A stretch of 64,000 bases of DNA from Octopus vulgaris (Eukaryota), in NCBI GenBank assembly GCA_951406725.2, contig OX597815.1, forward strand, positions 13,082,001-13,146,000, given 5' to 3'. The translations under genes and the position numbers were made by a program. Position 1 is the first letter of the stretch. Each line of letters opens with the position of its first letter. Of the stretch, positions 54,883-64,000 are shown piece after piece. The notes under the pieces are model-generated. The model did not search any database. It was not told the origin of the DNA and was given only the letters and a program-made list of their open reading frames with translations.

Positions 54883-56040
54883 CTAGCATTAAAGACCCGT
54901 CGTTGCCGGGTCATAGTGCTAGTGCATGTATATATGTGTATATGTGTACATATTACATGTACATCTATATATATACATCTACACATAAAATACAAAATAC
55001 AAAATTATATCTTGATATCGCTAGTGATAACAATACTCAAAATATAAAACAGACTGGAATTGTTAGCCCGTCTCTTATAATTTCGGTCAATTGTATCTTG
55101 TCCTCCCTCTTGTATAAAAGCGTGGCTACAATCCAGCCTACCTCTACTTTGGGGAGTGGGCATTTAATTTTTTTTCCGGGACGTCCTACGTACCAGATAT
55201 AAGGGTGAATATTAAATATTACCACTTTGCAAGTTCGAGTCGAGTACTCCCTTGCATGCTCCATTGACTCGAACCTTGCTTCTATTGTGGCGAATTTACC
55301 GCCTCTGATTAGATACCTTACATAGTCGCACCAGGATACTTTTCGACGGTGCTTTCCCCCATGTGTTCTGATCTTTTTTCTCTACATTGTATACTTTATA
55401 GACAATAGTCTTTTCTTTAACTTTTTATTATCCATCTGGACTATTCCATTTCTGCACTTAAATTTTATTTTTAATTTATTCCCATTCATGTGAAACCACT
55501 TATTCAAGTTCAAATCATTGATGCAATTTTATACCAATTGCTATTTTTACTTGTGTTATGTTACGATTTTATTATATTTCAGTTTGATAGTAATTATTAC
55601 TTACTCCATATAATTCAATTGTTATTATTAGTTTTATTGTTAAAGTGAAAATATCTGACATAAAATAGAGAAACGTTTTTGTTTCACTTTTAACACGTAA
55701 TACTGAAATAGTGGAGAAGATATGATATTGCTATGGGCTCGCTCTAGACAAGAAGTTGAACATTGTTTTGCCCATGAACGTACATGGACCCTAAGTAAGG
55801 CATGTGTAAAATTTGAATGAAATTGTTTGTGTAGTTCTCAAGTTTTAGGGAATCGTAGTGGAGAAGATATGATATTGCTGTGGGCTCGCCCTAGGCAAAA
55901 AGTTCAAAATTTTCTTTGCCGATGACACTCCCCGGACCCTAAGTAAGGCATGTGTAAAATTTGATTGAAATTGGTTGTGTAGTTCTCAAGTGTCAGGGAA
56001 ACAAACAGACAGACGCACATTCTCAGTTTTATATATATAT
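54883..56040 (-). mobile_element. Non-autonomous Helitron with 147 bp subterminal tandem repeat
   Basis: Minus-strand 3' end gacccggcaacgacgggtc hairpin followed by CTAG|T at 54883; the 5' end (tatataaaactgagaatgtgcgtctgtctg) resembles 50345; tagtggagaagatatgatattgct occurs at 55709 and 55856. Confidence 0.7.
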
Positions 56041-56894
56041 ATATATATACTTATGTATTTATGTATATTTTATGCATATATGTAAAAACACGTGCACATA
56101 CACACTCACACATACATCTAATATACATATGCTTATATTGAAACATACTGTCGGCACAGGGCTATCTCTGTGTGTCTGTGTTCGTGTCTGTATTCTTTAT
56201 ACGTAAGAGAAGCAGTTGAATTAAGCTTCTGCTTAATGTAAATACGTCCTTGAAAAGCAATTTACGGCGTTATTCGTTCACAGATGGCACCTCACATAGA
56301 CGTGGTCAGTTTAAAAGCAATACGTATCAAAGTAATATGTTAGTATTTCCCAGCAGATTCTAGCCTGAAATCAAGATTCATCTGGGCGTAAATTAGCCTA
56401 ATCAATAGTGTTTGCTCACAGCTAAGCATTATCATACGTGTCAGTTGTCGTCTCAGATATATAAGAACATTTGAATATATTATTCTCTAGTGCCGCTAAT
56501 AATGAATCGATTACCGGAACAATTATCATATATATACAGAGAGTAAATCTTGGATCACTGGTTACTAGATGTTGGTTCAACAATCTAACAACTTGAATCT
56601 GTTGTATCAGGGCCTCACTATCGGATGCATGCTAATACCATCGCATATTATTAAGCAAAGTGATGCATTGATTATAACATGCCAGCCTCTTAAAAAAACA
56701 CAAATCATTCGTTTTCGCTAACTATGCCTAAATTTACCTTTAAGTATAAGACCTACACTATCAAACTTCATGACGTTGATCAATAAAATTGAATGATTTC
56801 CTACGCATGGAAGTCTACAATTTGTAAAATGTACTCAATTACCCATTGATATTTAGTGTTCCAGCCTTTTATTTCCAAATTTTATGACCTAACA

Positions 56895-57308
56895 GGCGCA
56901 GGAGTGGCTGTGTGGTAAGTAGTTTGCTAACCAACCACATGGCTCCGGGTTCAGTCCCACTGCGTGGCATCTTGGGCAAGTGTCTTCTGCTATAGCCCCG
57001 GGCCGACCAATGCCTTGTGAGTGGATTTGGTAGATGGAAACTGAAAGAAGCCTGTCGTATATATGTATATATGTGTATGTGTGTGTGTTTGTGTGGGTGT
57101 GTTTGTCCCCCCAGCATTGCTTGACAACCGATGCTGGTGTGTTTACGTCCCCGTCACTTAGCGGTTCGGCAAAAGAGACCGATAGAATAAGTACTGGGCT
57201 TACAAAGAATAAGTCCCGGAGTCGATTTGCTCGACTAAAGGCGGTGCTCCAGCATGGCCGCAGTCAAATGACTGAAACAAGTAAAAGATAAAAGATAAAG
57301 ATAAAGAT
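56895..57308 (+). mobile_element. tRNA-derived SINE family A, full-length reference copy
   Basis: ggcgcaggagtggctgtgtggtaag (A-box-like), ggttcagtccc (B-box-like), internal TA/TG microsatellite, tail tgactgaaacaagtaaaa followed by (GATAAA)n. Confidence 0.92.
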
Positions 57309-58473
57309 AACAATTTCTTCCATATTACCAGAGTTGTTATTATTTGATTCTGCTATTTTACAACTTGAAATGTCATCACTTTCACCCCTGATCGCCTCTA
57401 GCTCCGATATCATTTTATTATATTTTTGTTTGAACGATTCGTTGAAATTACTTTTATAATTCCGCTGGCAGACTCAATCTTATTGAAGTGCTTACTCTTT
57501 AGCCTTTTGAACCGACTATATGCTTACAGACGTGCTTGTATATGAAATCTTATCCATGTATATATGCGTGTGTGTGTGTGTGCATGTGTGTCTATACGTG
57601 TTTGTATATGTGCGTAAGTGTATGTATACGTATATATGTGTATGTATATATATGTGTGTGTGTGTACGTATGTGTATGAAGTTTTAAATCTCTGATCGAG
57701 AAGTAAGTAGTAAGTGTACTACAGAGTAAAATCTATAAGGGGTTCTTTATATAATCTACAGTCGGGTGTGATTGAATAAGTAACTAGCTTCGCCACAAGA
57801 AAATCGAATGAGAAGTAAAGGGAAATAGTGAAGCAAAGAACGCAGTTATGCGTCGTTAGCCAGCTGGAAAGATGTTTTCCTGGGGTTAAAGAAGTGAGTG
57901 ACATCGTCCAAATAATGACTGACAACTTACGCTGGAAAGTAGAGTTTACTCTGTATTATTGTTCCTAGGTACTTCTCGCTCTAATTCTTTTTTCCGCTTT
58001 ACGACATCAGTGATGTGTGTCATTTTAAAAGTATATACCTCGAACAAGACCTAGTGATGCCATCGCTAAGGAAACAGTAATCCTGTGCTGCGAAATAACC
58101 CAGAAATCATGGCCAAAGGTACCGTATATATATACCCATCTCTTACCTCTTGAATCTTATGGCTTATATACTATTTATGAAATGATTTCATGGTTCGGAT
58201 ATTCTTGATGTCAGCTGCATTGACTTTCTACATTACATTTGTCTGTATTGGATTACTATGTGGGTGGTTACCTGAGTCCGTAAGAGGAGGTTTATGAAAT
58301 AGCTACACGATTCGTTGAATCCTCATCGTATACTACCATTTTATATACATGTGCATGCAGTATGTGCATGCATATATAAACATACAAACACAGTAAGTCT
58401 ATATATATATATATATATATGCAGTTATGGATACATAGACATACACACACATACATACATACATACACACACA

Positions 58474-58506
<33 letters not shown>

Positions 58507-59176
58507 GTGTGAGCTTGTGTGTAAGCGTGAGAGCATGCGTAATGGTATGTTAGTATCTTGTTTATGTTAGTATTTTTTTAAATAAATAATTACATTAAAT
58601 TACTCCTACGTTGCCATGTAACGAACGGATTAATTCAATGTAAAAATAAGACATATAAGATTAATATGACCTAAGTTAAATTACTTATTATCCTAATGGG
58701 TTATTCTATTCTCGTAATGTAATCGAAATCGTTATCAGGCAGTAATTTGTCGTAATAATGTTCAATAAGCTACGAAACGTTAATACTAGAGTTAGGATAA
58801 TAAATTTACAACTATATAATAGAGATTCATCTGCCGAATCTTCAGAATCGAAGCGAGTAAGGTTTTTTTTTTGTTTTTGTTTATTTTTATCTTGATTTAG
58901 TCGTTTTAGTCATATGACTGCGGCCAAGCTGCCGCACTCATTGAAAGATTAACCATACAAATCGATTTCGGGGTATGTTTTTTTCTCTTTTTTATTTTTC
59001 GTTTTTTTTTTTTTAATCTTGTGCTTATTATTTTTCCTGATCTGCTAATGGACATTAACAAACACTGATTAAGTTTCAAAGATCTGTAAGCTTAAACACA
59101 AGCACACAAACAAAACACAAACATACAAGAGAATTAGATATATTAGATATATTCATACATACACACACACACACAT

Positions 59177-59239
<63 letters not shown>

Positions 59240-59591
59240 AGTATATATGTGTATATACCCCAAAGAAAAGAAGAAGTCAAAGAAAATTCTTTAACACGTC
59301 TTTAATATAAGTTTCCGTACCACCACTATTTGCAACGCCAGTTTAGGCAAAAAATTTATGAAATAATCCCGTAATATTTACGGTCTAAGATATTAGAGAG
59401 GCACTTGATGAGACTGGTATGGGAGCTGTCTCTCCATATTGTGCGCCTTTCAGATCTTGTTATTAAGAATATATCGGGAAGAAATAAAAGACTATAGGCG
59501 TATATATATTAAAGAAATACATGTTTCTGCCCACATTTACTGCCCACAAGGGGCTAAACATAGAGGGGATAAAACAAGGACAGGCAAAGAT

Positions 59592-60137
<546 letters not shown>

Positions 60138-60157
60138 ACACACACACACAAACACAC

Positions 60158-60200
<43 letters not shown>

Positions 60201-60211
60201 TATATATATAT

Positions 60212-60373
60212 CGTTACGTTCTGAGTTCAAATTCCGCCGAGGTCGACTTTGCCTTTCATCTTTTCGGGGTCGATAAGTAAAGTACTAGTTTCGGATTGGG
60301 GTCGATGTAATCGACTTAATCCCTTTGTCTGTCCTTGTTTGTCCCCTCTATGTTAGCCCCTTGTGGGCAGTAA

Positions 60374-60375
<2 letters not shown>
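60212..60375 (+). mobile_element. SINE family B, headless copy
   Basis: cgttacgttctgagttcaaattccgccgaggtcgac..ccccttgtgggcagtaaa. Confidence 0.85.
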
Positions 60376-60411
<36 letters not shown>

Positions 60412-60609
60412 TTGAGTGTATTTTTACCTTGTTAAAAATTAACACGGAAAAAATTAATAAATAGTTACCAGGACAGCAAAAAATCTCACAAGTAAAGAGG
60501 TTGTAACTCCTTGTTTTTAAAGGTAGAAACTTCGAGTTTACGTGGAGGTTTTGGGATAATATATGAATAAATAAATGGAGTTTAACGCAGGTATAAATCA
60601 GATATTTTT

Positions 60610-60694
60610 ACTTTCGACAAATGTCTCGAAAATACCACTGATATTATTCAAAAAATAAATGGTATAAACAATGCAATTTTCTATTCAGGAAAGT
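60610..60694 (-). ncRNA. Degenerate type I hammerhead with long stem II
   Basis: Minus strand: actttc CTGAATA gaaaat..attttc GAGA catttg TC gaaagt; 6 bp stem I and 6 bp stem II base intact, two core substitutions. Confidence 0.5.
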
Positions 60695-60897
60695 GAAAAA
60701 ACGAAACTCGTCAATAAGACATTTTAGCAAAAATTGATGGATTTGTATAGTGATTAACTGAACGCTATTATATGATATAACGTCAGAAGTAGCTTACAGA
60801 ATAAGTAGGGATATTAATAGTGAATGTTAAATATAAAGGAAATTAAAGTTTAGTGCATATAAGTAATCTCTATCATTATATATAATTTAAACACACG

Positions 60898-60929
<32 letters not shown>

Positions 60930-60960
60930 CCTGAATATGCACACACAAATACACACACAC

Positions 60961-61019
<59 letters not shown>

Positions 61020-61923
61020 TTTCATACTCTCTCTCTACAAATTAGAAAATACTTGCTTAGAGTGCCGTGCATCGGTAAAAAATACAGGTGTTTGCAAATG
61101 AGTGCTCTCAACCGGAAAAGTCCTGTGCCTAGACTGTATGAAATTCTATATTTATAACTATTGTTTGTAAAAGAAGAATGGATGAAACGGAAGAGAAAGA
61201 TTAAAAGAAAAGTAGATGGTAGCGATAGGTAATTGTGCATTGGTAGCATAGTACATTGGTGTATGAAGACATATAGAATGTGTGATATTTTGAAGCTTAA
61301 AGTACGTGTATTTTTCCGAAACTCTTGCACAAGGGAAGGATAATGTATGGATGAAAGATGATAATTGAAGGATTCAATTTACACATATACTTATATATAT
61401 ATTCTCAACATAGAAATATATTTCTCCTGAAGTGTGTAGTACGTTAACTATTTGCATGTTCTTTCAGATTCAGTTTTCATACACTTTCGTATCTGCTGCC
61501 TATATTGATCTAATTTCGAAGAAATGCATTTCCTAAATTTAATCTAATGTTTTGAATGAAAATGGAGGAGCCATAAATTTATAAAATCCAAAACTAAAAG
61601 CGACAGTTGAACAGTAAATACATTTTTCTATGCCAATTGCACTTCTCTTGCGTGTGTATGTTTTTATGCGTGAGTTTTCTACGTGCGTGTGCGGTTGAAT
61701 CAATTTATTTTGGGGCGTAATATTTGATTATATGTTAAATCACACTTGGCTTTCAAATCTTCAATCAAGGTGTCACTCTCTATAATAAATGAAATAAAAT
61801 ATTAATTTCAACTTTTTGCACAAGGCCAACAATATTGGGAATGGGGTAAACCGATTATATCCAGCCTAGCGCTCAAATGATGCACATTTTATCCACCTCA
61901 ATTGGATGAAAAGCAAAGGCAAA

Positions 61924-62035
61924 GGTTAGCAGCCCAGGCTCTTAACACCTACCCCACAGGCATATGGCGTAGTGGTTAAGAGCGCTGGCTACTAATCCTG
62001 AGATTCCGAGTTCGATTCCAAGCAGTGACCTGAAT

Positions 62036-62036
<1 letters not shown>
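61924..62036 (+). mobile_element. Short tRNA-derived element with 5' inverted duplication and (TAA)n tail
   Basis: tggcgtagtggttaag (A box) and gagttcgattcc (B box) at 61959-62030; 61924-61950 is an imperfect reverse complement of 61972-61998. Confidence 0.65.
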
Positions 62037-62234
<198 letters not shown>

Positions 62235-62299
62235 GAGAGAAGCAGAAAGAGGAGAAAGAACCGTATGAAAACAGAAAGAACCGTATGAAATCAGAAGAT

Positions 62300-62850
62300 G
62301 TAGCATAAGGTACACAATTCATATGCGCCAGGATATGGATGCTGAAATCTCGATGGGAATAAGGGTAGGGTGGAAGGCACTTAACCCCAAAAATATGTTC
62401 CCGAAGCAAAGCCAGGCAAAGCAATACGTGCCAGACTCTTCAATATCACCGTCCTACATGGACGTGAAAGATGGGTTACTACGAAGACACTAAAATGTTG
62501 ACTGGCTGCAACGCCATGGGTTGTGGACAGATCCATGTCAAGAATATCATTAAGGGATCACATAGGAAATGAAACAATTGGAGAAGGGAAAAGGGTGAAT
62601 GATGTGATCTCAGATAACCGTAAAGAGAAGCCCAGCCGGGATGGATATGTTACAAGACATGGAGCCGTGCAGTTTCTATTGTTATCAAAGAGATCGTAAA
62701 CGGCCACTTAGGAGGCCTGCACGACAATGGCAAGAACATTTGGTGTAGTAATTCGGGTCAACATGGGAAAATATGAAGTACTCAAGAAAAAACTAAAAAG
62801 CACATTCTGACCAGGTGTGTAACGACATCTGATGGCTTAGCCGATACTGA
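62300..62850 (+). mobile_element. Decayed RTE-like LINE 3' fragment
   Basis: Piecewise translation gives DAEISMGIRVGWKA, LFNITVL, RDHIGNETI..VNDVI, GYVTR and RPLRRPARQW, resembling the RTE RT C-terminal motifs. Confidence 0.6.
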
Positions 62851-64000
62851 AATACAGCGATATATCTATCTATCTACTTGTATATGTGTTTGCGTGCATG
62901 TGTGCGTGCGTGTGTGTGTGTGTGTGTGTATGTGTGTGTCCCTTTGTATGTATGCATTTATACATATGTGTGTGTTTATATATGTTACATAGATAAAGTA
63001 AGCTTTTGTAAGCGCACGTTAATTTGAGATGCATAGGCGCATTTAAGCACATGCTGAGGAATATACTGACAATCTCCCATCTTAACTTCAACGATGATGG
63101 CCAAGGAAAAACCGCTGCCTTTTATTCGATAGAGAATTATCTAACATGGTCAAGTTGCCTTTATTACAACATCCCAACACGTCTAGTTATATGAAAGATA
63201 TGATTAAATGCTAGAATGTGTTTTCCATTTCATTTCTTATTTTATTGGTAATAGTCATTCTCAAGTTTGATTTGGTGAACATGGATATTCTAACTATGGC
63301 CCTGACGACCAAACGAAATGACACATGATTTATCCATTAAAAATTGTGTTCAGAAGTCAAAAATTACTGTCAAAGAGTTACGAGATGACTCTGGTTCATA
63401 AAATTGGAAATGTTTAAAGGTATAATACAGATGATGGTTGTTCGTATGAGTAAAAGAAGGTGCCTCATTCGCAATAGAAAATACAGTTACTAAAATCATC
63501 TTTCATAAGTACTCAAACTATAAAGTTGAATGTGTAATATATATCAACAACGTATAAGGCCATCTTTCGGAGTTTACTACTGTATTTGTTGATTCTTCAG
63601 TTATCTTCAATTATTTTTGAGTTTCTTCAATTATTTACTAAATCTTAAGAACATAGTGTAGTAATCCTGAAAAGGTATCGATACATGTTTAGAAATAAAG
63701 ACGGAAAATTAAGAAATACTAGAAATAGCAAAACTTTTTCACCTCGACGAAGAGCAGCCGGAGGCGAACGATTTTTTCTGTTTATATTCCTGCAGTTTCC
63801 TTCTTCTAATGACACTATGAAACTTGGACATACATGATTGCTGCGATATCAACTGACGGCAAAGCTGAACGTAGAGCCTAAATGTTTTTTTCCCTATTTA
63901 TTGTTCTTAGCAGCAAGTTTTAGAAAAGAAATATCGAACCTTATCATTTATGGAATGCTAAAACTAGAGCATCTGCAGGCAACGTATTCGCACCGTATTT

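Noticed and set aside
61959-62030. Functional tRNA gene
   Set aside because: A and B boxes are present but the acceptor stem does not pair, and it runs into a (TAA)n tail; better explained as a tRNA-derived repeat.
63772-63885. Strong polypyrimidine tract plus CAG acceptor-like site
   Set aside because: All three downstream frames close within 14 codons and there is no linked exon evidence.

Overview
AT-rich eukaryotic (animal) genomic DNA, almost entirely intergenic or intronic and dense in microsatellites and transposons. The SINE families and microsatellite load resemble Octopus/cephalopod DNA; this comes from recalled sequence resemblance, not a database search. I found no convincing host protein-coding exon, and most ORFs in the track are microsatellite artefacts. 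Recognisable elements are: a decayed mariner transposase and a mariner deletion derivative; three R4/Dong-type RLE LINE fragments; an RTE-like fragment; a decayed Penelope-like element (RT thumb plus GIY-YIG); a Helitron helicase relic and two non-autonomous Helitrons; a hAT (Charlie-like) MITE; and about 20 tRNA-derived SINE copies in three families. The most interesting signal is a set of non-coding elements carrying type I hammerhead ribozyme motifs with palindromic stem III. The best is a 352-nt, highly structured, retrozyme-like unit at 36756-37644 and 45557-46028. It is inserted as more-than-unit-length, circularly permuted copies with an inverted arm, consistent with a self-cleaving circular or multimeric RNA mobilised by Penelope-like machinery. 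All folds and translations were done by eye.
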